Positions 1 through 13,090 of a stretch of DNA of 64,000 nt are shown here, piece by piece. A program made the position numbers and the translations under genes. The notes under the pieces were generated by a model, which was not told where the DNA came from, did no database searches, and worked only from the letters and a program-made list of their open reading frames with translations. Numbering within the stretch: the stretch's first letter is position 1; every line of letters starts with the position of its first letter. Source of the DNA: Octopus sinensis (Eukaryota); the NCBI RefSeq assembly GCF_006345805.1, contig NC_042998.1:88660001-88724000 (forward strand), read 5' to 3'.

Positions 1-2794
1 TTTTAGAGATGTTTGATCCAAGATCAATTAACCAGTAATTTTTTTCTGGTGGTTGGACAAACAGTATCTCATAATTACATAGAAGGAAGTCACAGAAACA
101 AAGTTATGTGTGGACAAGGGTTAGAGCAATACTCTTGAATGAAGTCACCTTGTTGACTTTTTCATGACTCAGGAAGCTATATATAATAACTGCATATATG
201 AAATGATGAGGAGATTTGGTAAAAAGCAAGGGGTAAATGTATTAACTTTGTGGTGTAGTTCACAGGCTTGTATGGATTAAATAATCTAATGTAGGAAGTG
301 AAGGTTCACCAAAATTGATTGCAGAAATACTCTGTCTCTCACATTTTATAACTATTCACATGTTCAAAGGCCAAATGATTATAGTGTTCTAATTCTAAAC
401 CACAAAACAGATAATGAAATACAGAAAACACAGGTCCTAATTTTATGTATTTAAAAATTCTCTATTAACCCTAACACTTCAGCTTAATATATATTGCTTG
501 ATTATTAAAGCTTAAGAAATCTTTGTATTAATTTTCATGCATTTTTTTGTTCTTCAATCAGATTCAGTCATTGGACTGTGGTCTTCAAGAATTTTAGTCA
601 ATCATATCAATTCCATTACTTTTCACGTTGGTCTTGTCCAATAGGACATTGGCTTATGGAGAAATACATAAATCCCACAGTATATTTCTGTTTGAATGTA
701 CAACTCCTTGGTGATACAAATATGTTCACGATATATCTGATGGTCAAGATAAACCAATTGATTTAAATAAATCATATTGTCATTAATATTCAAAGTATAC
801 CTTCTTCACAATAATATGTGACTTATTAACAAAAATTTTTTCTGGTATTGAGTCAGATACTGATTTCGTCATGGCCACTATCACAGAGTGGAGAGTTGAC
901 AATATAGCAGACCATAACAACCATTGCAGAAATGCATATCTGCTGCTCATTTGTCTTTCTAGGAATTTTCCATTCAACTAACTGTGAACTGATCGCTTAC
1001 CATTTTGTATGGAGATTAGTTCTTATCCAAGACTATCTTTTATCTTTTACTTTTTTCAGTCGTTAGACTACATCAGTGCTTGGGCACCAATTTCAAGATG
1101 GTGCTTTAAGTACTGAGGTTGACTTGTTCAAATAAAGCTTAAAGGATTTAGTCAAACAAATCAATGCCAGTACTTGTTTTTTCATGCCTGGTACATATTT
1201 CTGTCAGTATCTTTTTTTGCTGAACCACTAAATTACTGGGATGTAAACAAACCAACACCAGTTGTCAAGTGGTGGTGGGGTACAAACACAAAGACACACA
1301 CACACACATGACAGGCTTCTTTCAGCTTCTGTTTACCAAATCCAGTGACAAAGATTTTGTTGGCTTAACTAGCTGTCAAAACTTCTTCAGCATATCAAAA
1401 TACTGTTCAAAATTGACAAGTTAGTCAATAAAAAATGGCTCAATAATTCTATTGACCCATATAGCTGCTCATGTTGTCTTTGTTGGATTCAGTTCTTTTT
1501 TTTTTTTTTTTTTCAAATTATAAATATTTTTTACAATTACAAAATCATGAAATTGTGAAGTTATAAAGATTAAGTAAATCACATGCTATTGTAAAGATTA
1601 TGTAAAAGTTTCGAGTAAATATATTGTGTATTACTGAATATATGATCAACTAAAATCACCTGTTTTTTTTTAGCCATCCTATGTATATGGGACTGTATAG
1701 ATATACACACCAACATGTGCACATTCATACACACACATAATGAATTTTTGCAATTTCCAACAACTAAATTTCACTCGAAAACTATTGGTTGGCTCAAAGT
1801 TATAGTAGAAGACACTTATCTAAAGTGTCATGCTATGGGATTGAACCTAGAACCATATATGGTTGTGAAGCAAACTTCTTAACCACACAGCCATTCCTCT
1901 GTTCATTGAATTTTCTTTTTTTCTTATGTCTAAAACTGATAGGAACCAGATGAATGATTAGGAGGATTTAGGCCTAATTGATTAAAGTTTACATGGAGAG
2001 AAATAAAGTAATTTTCACTGGATACAACTCCTCAGAATAGAAGACTGTGTGTCCTGCTTGGTGCGTGGTTTATTAAATAAAACATTTCTGTAGATTATGG
2101 AAAATCATGATTTTAGTGGATATAAGGTGCCAGTGGAAATGTCTGATGAACAGAACTTGTTTTAGTAATGATGAATAAATTTCAAACACTTGTAACTTTG
2201 TAGAAACAATTCTCAGCCCTCTTTTTGTCTATCCTCCCCTGTCTGTCTGCCTGTCCATCCACCCATCCTCTCTCTCTCTCTCTCTCTCTCACTGTGTGTG
2301 TGCTGTCAGATGAAATCAAGCATCACCTTTTAGCAGAGAAGTATAATGTCTTGTTCTTTCATGAAACTGAGGACCAAAGGCACTGGTGCAACCATGACTG
2401 CAGATATTAGGAACTTTTGTTTGCAGATCTACTGTAGAGAGTCTTGCTAAGCCTTTTTTTCTTCTTTTTCCCTTATTGCTTCATCAAATCTGACTTTGCA
2501 ACCTTTATTCCTTTTATCATAGCCTTCTTCCTATCTTTGGCTTTCATTCATTGTCTTTTCTTATGCTCCTGCAATTATACCATTCACTTCATTGAGATGT
2601 CATTTGATGAGACCTGAAAATAGTATTTTAGGCACCCTCTTTCATAGCTTCCACACATTTCAGCTTGCTACTGACTACAGTCTTGCAGATCCTACCAAAT
2701 AATATTTTATTCAGCTGTCCACTAACATTTTTATTAAAAAGTTTTCATTTTCTATGATAATATTTAATCTGTGATGCTGACTGAAATACACATG

Positions 2795-3713
2795 CAGTGA
2801 TCCCTCATTTATCGCAGTAGATTTTTACTGTACTCAACACGAAAGAAGTTGAAGTAAAATTTGAATGATGATGGTGATGAATTTGCTGCACAGTAGAAAT
2901 GATGATGATGAAGCTGACGGTGGTACCCTTTCCTGGGACACCTCTTCCACCTCTTCTGAAGGTGCAACCATAGTAGTAGCAGCAGGAACTGGCTCTTTTT
3001 TGCGAGGCTGCAAAAACTGTGCTTCTTTTTCCGTTCAAAAAGCATCTTGTAGGGATTCATGACTTCGTTGACCTTGTTGCAAAATTGCACAGAACGAACC
3101 ATATCATCGTCCCATTCCTGTGACCCCTCTTTCAATTCTTTAGCCAGGCTGCAGAGCTTGGCCAGCCATTCTAAAGTCAAGCCAGTTTGGTCGACAATTT
3201 CTTCTGTTTCTTGCTGCGTTTCTTCTTCTTCTTTGCTGGCCGACTTTGTCAAGTCTTCAAGGTGTGCATTGGTTAGCGGCTGGGAGTGGAAGCTTAATAA
3301 CACATTGATGTCTCCTGTGGTCATGTCTGCAAAGCCGTCACCTCCAATGGTCGCAGCCAACTGCAAAGCTTTCTGTACTGTGGAGTGTTGGATTTCGGCA
3401 GGTGTAAATCCCTTGTCGTCATAAATAAACTCGGGCCACAACTGTTCTCAGCTCGCATTAATGGTAGCAGGCTTCATTTCTTGCAATACCTTCTGGATAT
3501 TTTGAAGGCACGTAGCAATTGTGTACTGCCACCAGTATGCCTTCAAGTTAAAATTTTCATCTTCGTCTTCTTGGGCGGCATCCACAGAAGCAACCAGGTT
3601 CGCCAGGACATATTTTAATGGGTTTAATGAAAAATTTTAGATGTTCATATATATATATATATATATTTTAAAAATCCGCGATAGTTGAACCGCGAAGTAG
3701 CGAGGGATCACTA
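2795..3713 (-). mobile_element. Internally deleted Tigger/pogo DNA transposon retaining the transposase C-terminus (TIGD1-like)
   Basis: TIRs: CAGTGATCCCTCATTTATCGCAG at 2795 and CCGCGAAGTAGCGAGGGATCACTA ending about 3713. The minus strand reads ...NFNLKAYWWQYTIATCLQNIQKVLQEMKPATINAS*EQLWPEFIYDDKGFTPAEIQ... (ORF 2809-3441), as in Tigger/TIGD1 C-termini. The N-terminal domains are absent. Confidence 0.85.
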
Positions 3714-4058
3714 GTTAAACCGATATGAAATTTAGAAATATATATATATATATATTGTCATTATCATCATTTTAATGTTCATTTTTCCATTCTTGTATGA
3801 GTTGGACAGAATTTGTTGAAGCAAATTTTTTATGGACATATGCCTTTCTTGTTGCCAACACTTGCCTGTTTCCAATATTTCCCCATGATTAGATTTGTAT
3901 TCACAGAAGACTGGAAATGAAGAACACAGCTTGCATGATGGTGACACAACTATCATGTGATGTCAAAGATATCAAGGCAAGGGAACAGTAATGTACACAC
4001 ACACACACACACACACACACAATCATCATCACCATCCATCATCACCACCACCACCACC

Positions 4059-4059
<1 letters not shown>

Positions 4060-4090
<31 letters not shown>

Positions 4091-4810
4091 TTAACATTTG
4101 TTGTCTATGCTGTCATGGGTTGGACAGTTTGACCAAAGCTGACAAGCTGCACCAGATTTGGCAGTCTGATTTGGCATAGTTTCTATGGCTGGATGCCCTT
4201 CCTCACGCCAACCACTCTGAGAGTGTAATGGGTGCTTTTACATGCTGCCACCATGGGTACCATTTGCATGACACCAATATCTGCCCTGACTGTAATTTTA
4301 CTTGGCTTGATGGGTCTTCTCTTCAAGCATGACATAATGCCAAAGGTCTAGGTCATTGCCTCCATGAGGCCCAACAATCGAAAGGAGCTTTACACATGCC
4401 ATCAACATCAGCCACTTTATTTCTGTGAAGCCCAATGCTTGGAAGGTGCTTTTTATGTGCCTGTTACATGACCCCAGCATCAGCCACAACTATGATTTCA
4501 CTTAGGTTGTCAGGTGTGAAGCCCAAAGTTTGAAGATCATGCTCCACCACCTTGTCTCGTCTTCCCAGGTTTACCTCTACCACAGTTAGAGATCGGCACT
4601 TTTTTACATAGCTGTCCTCATTCATATACATCACATGACCATATCAGCACAGTTGTCTTTCTTGCATTCCACGTCTGATACCTCTTATGCCCAACTTTTA
4701 TCTCAAGGTGTTTATACTCTGTTGAACATGCACACTGACATTGCACACCCAGCGATGCATAGTGGCTTCATTTCTTTGAAGCCTATGGAGGTGAGCTTCT
4801 TTCAGTTTCC
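4060..4810 (-). mobile_element. Degraded RTE LINE 3' fragment (RT C-terminus, 3' UTR, (GAT)n tail)
   Basis: (CAT)n tail at about 4060-4090, then diverged homology to the RTE 3' end at 20611-21500. Confidence 0.7.
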
Positions 4811-5439
4811 TTCTATCAAATACTTTCTGGATATCTGCCTGGATTCATTAACCTTTTACTTTTTGTTTTATCACCTCTATTTCAGCGCAGGTCTTAACCC
4901 CCTCTTAGTTCTGTAAACATAGTTTCCCCAAAATCCCAAAAGAAATATCTCTCTCCCACTTGTGTTCTGTCCTAACACTGGCATTGTCTCTCTCTCTCTC
5001 TCTCTCTCTTTCCCTGTTTCGATAATCACTTGCTTCTCCAATCACTTACCTCCTCCTCCACTATCCCACTCTATATAAACTTGCTCTCTTGGATTCTTAC
5101 TACATTTCAATAACCCCACCAAAAGAATACAAATCCAGCCAGAAGATGTTCAGATAAGGAATCTTGTCTTTTTTCAACTCAGTACATCTATCACCTCTAT
5201 TTCAGTGCAGAACATAATCCCCTCTTAGTTCTGTAAACAGTTTCTGTCTTCCATCTTAAAAACAAACTTAAATTCACATGAATACCCTGTCATCACTCAT
5301 TCATTCATCTATTTACTTTTGTCACATCGTCAGTTAGTCATTTCTCTAATTTTGCCACAGATTGGCTGACCGAATATTCTAAGATTTTTTAAATTCTATC
5401 TATTATTAGTATGCTATTCCTTACATGAGTATTGCTGTT

Positions 5440-6232
5440 TTGCGGTGTCACACCCTAGCAGTTGAGGGAACCTGTGGAAGAGGTAAACCCAGGAATACCT
5501 GGGATGAGGTGGTGAAGCATGACCTTTGAACATTAGGCCTAACCAAGGCAATGACTAGTGACCGAGACCTTTGGAAATATGCTGTGCTTGAGAAGACCCG
5601 GCAAGCCAAGTGAGACCATAAACTGTGCCCTATGCCAGTGGTGTAACCAGTCCACTTATGCATACCTTTTTTTCATTGGACAGTAAACTCTGCTTGTGAA
5701 GACCTGTTGAGGCAAGTGAAATCGAAATCAAATTTGCTGACGTGACTGACGACAGCACTGCCTGACTAGTATCTGTGCTAGTTGAACATTAAGAGCACCA
5801 TCCGAGCATCATCATTGCCAGGGCCACTGACTGGCTCCTATGCCAGTGGCATGTAAAAAGCACCATTCAAGCTTGATCATTACCAGCGTCGCCTTACTGG
5901 CACTTGTGCCAGTAGCACGTGAAACACAACATTCGAGCAAGGTCGTTGTCAGTGCCACTGGACTGGCTCCTGTGAAGGTAGCATGTAAAAAACACCATTC
6001 GAGCGTGGCCGTTGCCAGTACTGCCTGACTGACCCTCGTGCTGGTGGCACGTAAAAGCACCCACTACACTCTCGGAGTGGTTGGTGTTAGGAAGGGCATC
6101 CAGCTATAGAAACTCTGCCAGATCAGATTGGAGCCTGGTGCAGCCACCTGGCTTGCCAGTCCTCAGTCAAACCGTCCAGCCCATGACAGCATGGAAAGCG
6201 AACGTTAAACAATGATGATGATGATGATGATA
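5440..6232 (+). mobile_element. RTE LINE 3' fragment with (GAT)n tail
   Basis: Encodes the GRGKPRNTWDEVVKHDL-type RT tail. It also carries the 3' UTR motif GGAGTGGTTGGTGTTAGGAAGGGCATCCAG and ends GCGAACGTTAAACAATGATGATG. Confidence 0.8.
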
Positions 6233-6305
6233 CATACATGCATGCATGCATGCATACATCCATCCATCCATCCATCCATCCATCCATCCATCCATCCATC
6301 AATCC

Positions 6306-6336
<31 letters not shown>
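6232..6336. repeat. Compound tetranucleotide microsatellite (CATG)n-(CATC)n-(CAAT)n
   Basis: Directly visible after the RTE tail. Confidence 0.95.
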
Positions 6337-6337
<1 letters not shown>

Positions 6338-6559
6338 TTTAATGTCTCCTTTTCTAAGCTTCTATGGGTCTGATAGATTTTGTTGATGCAAATTTTCTAT
6401 GGTTGGCTGCCCTTCCTGTCACCATATTATATATATTGACCTCAAATTTTGTCACAAGGCTACCATGTTCGGGGTAGGGGTAAGCCGATTACATCAACCC
6501 CAGTGCTCTGACCCCAAAAGGATGAAAGACAAAGCTGATCTCAGTGGAATTTGGTGTCT

Positions 6560-6790
6560 TTGTGTCTGGGTCTGTGTGTCCCCCCACCTCCACCACCACC
6601 ATTTGACAACCAGTGTTTGTGTGTTTATGTTCCCATCATTTAGCAGTTCCACAAAAGAGATTGATAGAATAAGTACCAGGCTTAACAAAAATCAAGTGCT
6701 GGGGTCGATTCATTTGACTAAAACTTCTTCAAGGCCGTGCCCCAGCATGGCCGCAGTCTAATGGCTGAAACAAGTAAAAGGTAAAAGGTA
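6560..6790 (+). mobile_element. 3' half of a tRNA-derived SINE
   Basis: Homologous to the 3' half of the SINE at 60237-60646 (TTGACAACC...GATAGAATAAGTAC...CCCCAGCATGGCCGCAGTC...CTGAAACAAGTAAAAG). Confidence 0.75.
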
Positions 6791-6864
6791 TGAGCAAAAT
6801 GCCAGGAAGCATCTAGCATGGCATACTAATGACTCTGCCAGCTTGCTACCTTACCATTTTATAT

Positions 6865-7848
6865 ATTTCATTTCATTTCATTTCATTTCATTTGGGTTTG
6901 AGTCCATGCTCAGGCCAAGTCGAAAACTCCACCCTCAGAGTCTGGTGTGGTTGCCAGGTTGTATTCTCTGCTTAATTTTGACATGTGTAGGAGCGAGTTT
7001 GAGTCAGTTTGTGCTCGTTGTGTATATCCTGGGAGATGAGGTTCATCTCTAATGGTGCTTAAGTATCTATCCAGTTGCAATTTGAATGATTCCACACTGC
7101 ATCCTGATAGATTTCTGACATGTACCGGAATGGAGTTGAACAGTTGTGCTCCTCGAACCAACAGACTTGATTCTCGCAGGGTTTTTGCTGCCTGGCCAGC
7201 CTTTTTGTTGATTGGTGGCAGCTGGCAGCGTCTTCCGTGGCGCAGTGAGTGGTAGGTTTTGATACCAAAGTTTGGCACCTTCTGCTCTATCATTTTCCAA
7301 ATGTATATAATTCGGTATCGCTCAAATCTTCTTTCTATTGAGTACATCCTCAAGGTTTTGAGTCTTTGCCAATAGTCCAGGTCCCTCGTTTCTGAGAAGT
7401 ATGAGGTAAAATTTCTTTGGAGCGATTCTATCTTAGATAGTTGGCCCTTTGTTGTTGGTGACCACAACTGAGAACAGTAGTCAATCCTCGGAAGTATCAT
7501 ACTGTTCCAGAGGGTTTTCATTGTTGAGGTATCTCTTGATTTGAAGGTGCGCAAGATCCACCCGCTGTACTTTCTTGCAGTAAGACAGACTGAGTCAAGT
7601 TGTTCTCTGAATTTTAGGTTGGTTCCCATGTGGATGCCTAAATCTTTCACATACTGTTTTTCCATTATTTGTTGTCCTGATGGGTTTCTGTAGTTTGTTG
7701 TATTTTTCAGATCTTGATCTGTTCCGTAGCGAATTAGTTCAAACTTCTTATCATTGAACAACATGTTGTTTGTTTCCTGCCATTTATATATGGTGGTCAG
7801 GTCCTTTTGTAAGGCCTCTGTATCCACCTCGTCTTTGATTTGTCGAAA
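6865..7848 (-). mobile_element. 5'-truncated CR1-group (L2/Crack/Daphne-like) LINE, RT C-terminal region with (TGAAA)n tail
   Basis: Open 314-aa ORF 6910-7854 with LQKDL..IYKW, KDLGI, KYSGWILRTF, LPRIDYCSQLWSP and IERRFERY motifs. (TTTCA)n at about 6865-6892 is the 3' tail on the minus strand. Confidence 0.9.
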
Positions 7849-8038
7849 AAACAAACTTAAATAACTGCTCCTATTTCCCTTCTATAATATTTTTCCATTT
7901 ATAATACTGTGCATATGTATTTTACATATTTGTGTCAGTTTGAGTTTAATTTTTGTATTTCAGCTTTTATTTTTTGTGAATATAAATTTTATCTGAAATC
8001 CGTAATCTTATCATTAATTTGTAAAATTTCTTTTTCAG

Positions 8039-8085
8039 TGCTTTCCCAATTTTAATATTGGTCACTCCTGACCAGTGTACATGGA
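8039..8085 (+). other. HYCC (FAM126): 5' UTR part of the first coding exon of hyccin
   Basis: Acceptor TTTCTTTTTCAG at 8027-8038 precedes the coding start in the same exon. Confidence 0.65.
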
Positions 8086-8133
8086 ATGATGTCTTCTTTT
8101 AAAGTAATAAAAGAATGGTTGGCTGAATACAAG
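8086..8133 (+). CDS. HYCC (FAM126): Hyccin/FAM126 (PI4KIIIalpha complex subunit), coding exon 1: MMSSFKVIKEWLAEYK
   Basis: Matches the recalled human hyccin N-terminus MFTSEKGVVEEWLSEFK. Donor GTATGT at 8134, phase 0. Confidence 0.85.
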
Positions 8134-9129
8134 GTATGTAAATATTTTTCTTTACCTGTAAAGATTATTAGAATCTGTGTTGTTTAGCCCTGGTCAAATA
8201 AATCAAGAATCAAATGCATTTCAACACTGACTATGTCATCATTTTGGAAGTACAGGATTGTATTATTTAATGTTTCCTTTCTGTTTTTAAAATGGTAGAG
8301 GTTATTTTGATGGAATTTGGTTGGTACTTTTAGCATGTTGCACAGTCACACAGAGGTCTGTTCATTCATCTTTTTTTGGGGTTTTTAGGTTTCATTGGTC
8401 AAGATCTTTCTTTCACCATGGTTAAAATTTGAAGAAGATATTACAACTCAAAAGTGTCAGCTGTTTTAATCAACTAAATCATCTGCATAGATTATAAGAA
8501 AATCTGTATTGTTTAATCTCATTGATTGAAACAGATGGTACCATCCACTTGTAATGTCTTTGCATGGGCAAAAAAAAAAAAAGAAGAAAATTGATAGTTT
8601 TATTCCATTTTATCTTCAAATTTTTTACTTGTTTCATACATGTGGCTCACTGTTTGACAATTTGGGTTTGGGGCCATGGTTTGACCACTATACAAAATTC
8701 ACTCTCTTTCATGTGCCTACCTGCACACCCTCCATGACTTCACATATCTATCAAAGCACCCCCTCCATGCTATCAACCATTGCTCCTGCCCCCTATCTAC
8801 CATAGCACCCCCACCCTATCTACCATAGTCCACCTCCCCACTAGGTTTACCAGTTCCTCTCACCATCACTTGCTACGGTTGCCTCTTCCCCATCTCTAAA
8901 CATCTTCCCTCACATTCTTATGAAATACTCCCATCCCGTCTGTACCACTTATATTCTCCCCACTGTACCTTGTGGGCATATCCTGATGCATCTCCAACAT
9001 CATCTATTTCTCTCTCTCTCACTCTGTCTTTCCATTCTTTCTCTCTAACTCTATCTCTCCATCCTGTCCCTACTAGGGTAGCCAAATATCTCCTCTATAC
9101 TAAGACACCTATCTCTATACCTCAGTTAT

Positions 9130-9820
9130 ACTTTGACCTCTCAACTCGCACAAAGCCATCTCCCTCGATACCACTCCCTCTCTGAGGGGTCTTTGTTTTG
9201 CAAGGTATAAGGTGACCCTGCTGGTGCCACATAAAAAGAGTCCAGTACACTGTAAAGAGGTTGGCATTAGGAAGGGTATCCACCTGTTGAAACCATGCCA
9301 AAGCAGACAACAGAGCCTGCTGCAGTTCTCTGGTTTGCCAGCCCCTGTTAAACCATTCAACCCATGTCAGCATAGAAGGTGGACATTAAATGATGAAGAC
9401 GATGAAAAAGGTTTGATTTTGATGACTCTCTGCTATAGCTACTCACAAAATGTGGATTCTGTTAAGGTACAAAATCCTTAGAGTTTTAGGGGTTAAGAAA
9501 CTAGCATATTGACTTTCAAACCTTTCTGAAAAAACAGCAACAACATCATCATCATCATTGTTTAGCATCTGCTTTCCATGCTGGCATGGGTTGGATGGTT
9601 TGCCTGAGGAATGGCAAGTCAGTAGGCTGCACCAGGCTCCAATCTGATCTGGCAATGTTTCTATAGCTGGATGCCCTTCCTAACGCCAACTAGTCCATGA
9701 GTGTAGTGGGTACTTTTTCTGTGCCACTGGCATGAGAGCTACTCAGGGGGCACTGGCATCAACCACATTCAGATGGTGCTTTTTACATGCCACCAGCATG
9801 GGAGCCAGTCAGGGGTCACT
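9130..9820. mobile_element. Two degraded RTE 3'-UTR/SINE fragments (+ at about 9130-9400, - at about 9540-9820)
   Basis: Both carry the GGAAGGG.ATCCA / AACCCATG..AGCAT motif and (GAT)n or (CAT)n tails. Confidence 0.65.
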
Positions 9821-10758
9821 GAAAACAGTACTGAACTGAAATCAAATGTGAGTTAGAGACTCAGTTTACTAACAACTTCTTGTTTTTTGTTTGTTTAATT
9901 TTGTTTCAATAAAATGCAATTTGTTAATGAGCTCTACCCCTAGTAAGATAGCAATTTGTTACAAGCATCATCTCTTAAAACCCTTGCACTTATCAACGGT
10001 TGGGCAAATTAAGGGTCATAGAATTTAGTATCGTGCATAAATAGACATTGAAAAAGCTATCAGAAGATTTGAGACTCAAAATATATAAACTTGGTTGGCT
10101 ATTTTCACATTTATGATGTTTTTGTGTACAACAAATATCAAACTAGAATATAGGAAAGCATAATTTTTACTGGGTACCAGTCCTGGAAATATTATTGACC
10201 AATGCTTGGTACCCAGAATAGACTTCAATAACACTCAGCTCTATTTTAAATCAGTTCCATTAACTTCAGTAAATTCTTTTGATATCAGTATTATTGTTTG
10301 TCCTACATTATACTCTCTTTCTCTCTCTCTCTCTCTTTCTCTCTCTCTCATTAGTACAGAGTGGGTGGTGAAGTCTGTATAAAGGATGAGAGCTGGTTAG
10401 ATTATTATAGCATCTACTTTGAAGTTGTCCATGTGTGTGGAGGTGTCCAATAAAATAAGTACCAGTAATATAGTGGTAATGGTGTGTGCACACAATTCAA
10501 TCAACTAATACACCTTTTATTCAGTACCAAAAAAAAAAAAAAAAATAATAATAATAAAAAAAAGAGGAACCCTCAGAACAATAACAAAAAATGGAAAATT
10601 GGCTTTATGCCTGGTTGAAATGAATTGTTATTTCCAAATACAGCGTTTGGGTTATAATTATCAGCAAATATTAAAATAATCATCAACCTTCAACCACTTG
10701 TTACCAACACCACTACCACCTCCACAGAGCAAGTACTAGTATTACTACTGCTATAACT

Positions 10759-10802
<44 letters not shown>

Positions 10803-11429
10803 GTATGTATATATCTTGGTGTGTGGGGATATTTTTCTCTATCTTTTAGCATTTTTTTTAGCCTTTATTTCCCTAATCTGAAATCAATATCAGTGACGTG
10901 ATGGTGTGTACTGTAATTGCAAATCATTGCCTTCTAGTATTGCTTATCCTGCTTTCGACTGTTTAATTGATGATGACGGCAACTTCTAGAACAGCTGGCT
11001 AAAAAAAAAAAATAATAATTTATATATTTATCTCGTTTTTTATTTTAAATTACATATGATTCCTATTCTTATGTCTATATATATATATATAATACATGTG
11101 TTTGCATAGTTATGTTCATATAAGTGGAAAGGAAGATGTCTGAGGTTGGTATATGATATATAAATTTTATTTTTTAATTTTTTTTTCCGTTCAATTTTAT
11201 TCTATATCACTTTAAACTTAATGAGTGTGTGTGTGCATATAGACTTAGCTCTTGATCATCACTTTGTCTTGTCCAAGTAAGTGGAGTAAGGTAACCATGA
11301 GATAAATTGTGCCCACCAGTTGAATGCCAGTTGAAGCAGGTGCTGATCATTCATAATAGGATAGAATAGCAATGGTGCTGCTGGATTATTTCCGTATTAG
11401 ACTTGGCCTCTTTCGGTTCGGTTCGGTTT

Positions 11430-12790
11430 GGTTTAGTTTGGTTCAAATTCCACCCGTCTAACGACTGCCCCATCTCAGCTCTCTTTTCCACTCCTTGTCA
11501 CTCCTTCCTCCCCCTGCATCTTCTCCTCCTACACCTCCTATTCTTTCTCCTCTCCTACCTCCTCCTCCCATTAATTGTATATTAGTCTTGCCTTGCTTAT
11601 TTTCCTGATGGTGGTGGTGGTGTTGTTATGTGATGTTATTCTCTTTACATGTGCTGAGCAAATAAATCAAAGGGAGGTCATTGATTGATGAGCTGCAAAC
11701 CAACCAGCCAAGTTGTTTCAAAGAACGTCTGACTACCACCATTCCTCCTAGCCTCCTCCTTTCTCCCCCCTTTCTCTCTCTCTTCCTGTTTCTCTCTTTA
11801 TATGCTTCTCTTTCTTTCCTACTTTCTTGGTCTCTTTTTCTTTTCATCGTCTCTCTTTTGCACTTTGTCATTCCCGTTCTATCTCTCATAGTTCTCTCTC
11901 TCCCCCCTTGCTCTTTCACTCTCTCTTTTTACATTCTTTCTTCCCCTCTGTTACTCATTTTCTCGTTGTCTTCTTCACCTCTCATTTTCCTCCTTACATC
12001 ATTCCTCTTTTAATTTTTCTCAGTATCATTCTCTCCTTCTCCCCATCTCTGCCTTCTCCCTCCTCTCTCTCCTCCTCTCATTCATTTTTATTCACACTTC
12101 CCTCTTCCCATATTCCCTCTTCCTTATTTTCATCCTTCTTCCTCTGTAACATTTTCTTCTCTTTTATTATCTCTCTTCCTCTTTCAGATTCCCCTTTTAT
12201 CTCTCATTTTCATCATCATTTCATTCACCCCTTTCCTCTATCATTCTCCTTCTTCCTCTCTCATTCTCTCTTCCTCTCCCAGTTTCTCTCTGTTTTATAC
12301 TCTCTCTTACCTTCCCACTCTCTGTTCCTTCTTCTCTCTTTCTCATTCTCTTCTTCCGTTCTCATTCTTTCCCTTCTCTCCAGTCCTCTCTCTTCCTCTC
12401 ATTACCATCCCCTCTTTTCTGCTTTCGTCCTCCTCTCCTCTCTCTTTGTCTCGTATTTTTGTCCTCCTACTCCTCATCCCTTCAATTCTTTCTTCTCCTT
12501 TTTTTCCTTCTCTCGTCCATCCTCTGTCTCTTTCATTCTCATTTCTTACCAGTTTCATTTCTGTTCTCACCTGTTCTTTATTATGTCCTTAACAATCTTT
12601 CTCAAGTTCCCTTTCTTTATTTCTGATTCTCTCCTCCTCTCTCACTATGTCACACATCCTACTCTTATTCCCCTCCTAATTCTCCTGTCATTTACATCTC
12701 ATCTATCACCCACTCTTCTCTGATGTTAACTAAAAGTTATCATTGTCTCTCCTCTATTTCTGTCTGTTTCTCTCCTTCATTTCATCTCAT
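11430..12790. repeat. About 1.3 kb cryptic polypyrimidine (CT-rich) low-complexity tract
   Basis: The + strand is almost G-free over long runs. The S/F/L-rich ORFs here are compositional. Confidence 0.9.
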
Positions 12791-12849
12791 ACCATCTTGT
12801 CACAGATATTCTTTCATTTTCCCTTTAACTTTCATTTGATTTATTATCT

Positions 12850-13085
12850 CAGCAAACACTTACCTAAGGTGCCATGGTGCCCCATCCCACCACTTGACAG
12901 TTGCTGTTGGTTTGTTTATGACCCTGTTACTTAGCAGTATGGTAAAAGAGACCAGTAGCATAAGTACTAGACTTAAAAAAAAAAACAAGTACTGAGATTC
13001 ATTTGTTTAACTACATCCTTCAAGATGGTGCCACAAGCATGGTTGTAGTCCAGTGGCCGAAACAAGTAAAAAAATAAAAAAGATA
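12850..13085 (+). mobile_element. SINE 3' fragment
   Basis: Same 3' motif as 60237-60646 (TTGACAG...GAAACAAGTAAAA). Confidence 0.65.
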
Positions 13086-13090
13086 CTTTT

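Noticed and set aside
4869-5243. Diverged direct repeat of about 55 bp (4869-4925 and 5190-5243)
   Set aside because: It is probably internal to an old CT-rich repeat, with no TSD, ORF or PBS/PPT to support an LTR element.
11626-12723. Long ORFs (up to 298 aa) rich in S/F/L or E/R/K
   Set aside because: They arise from the stop-poor CT-rich tract, and no domain signature is present.
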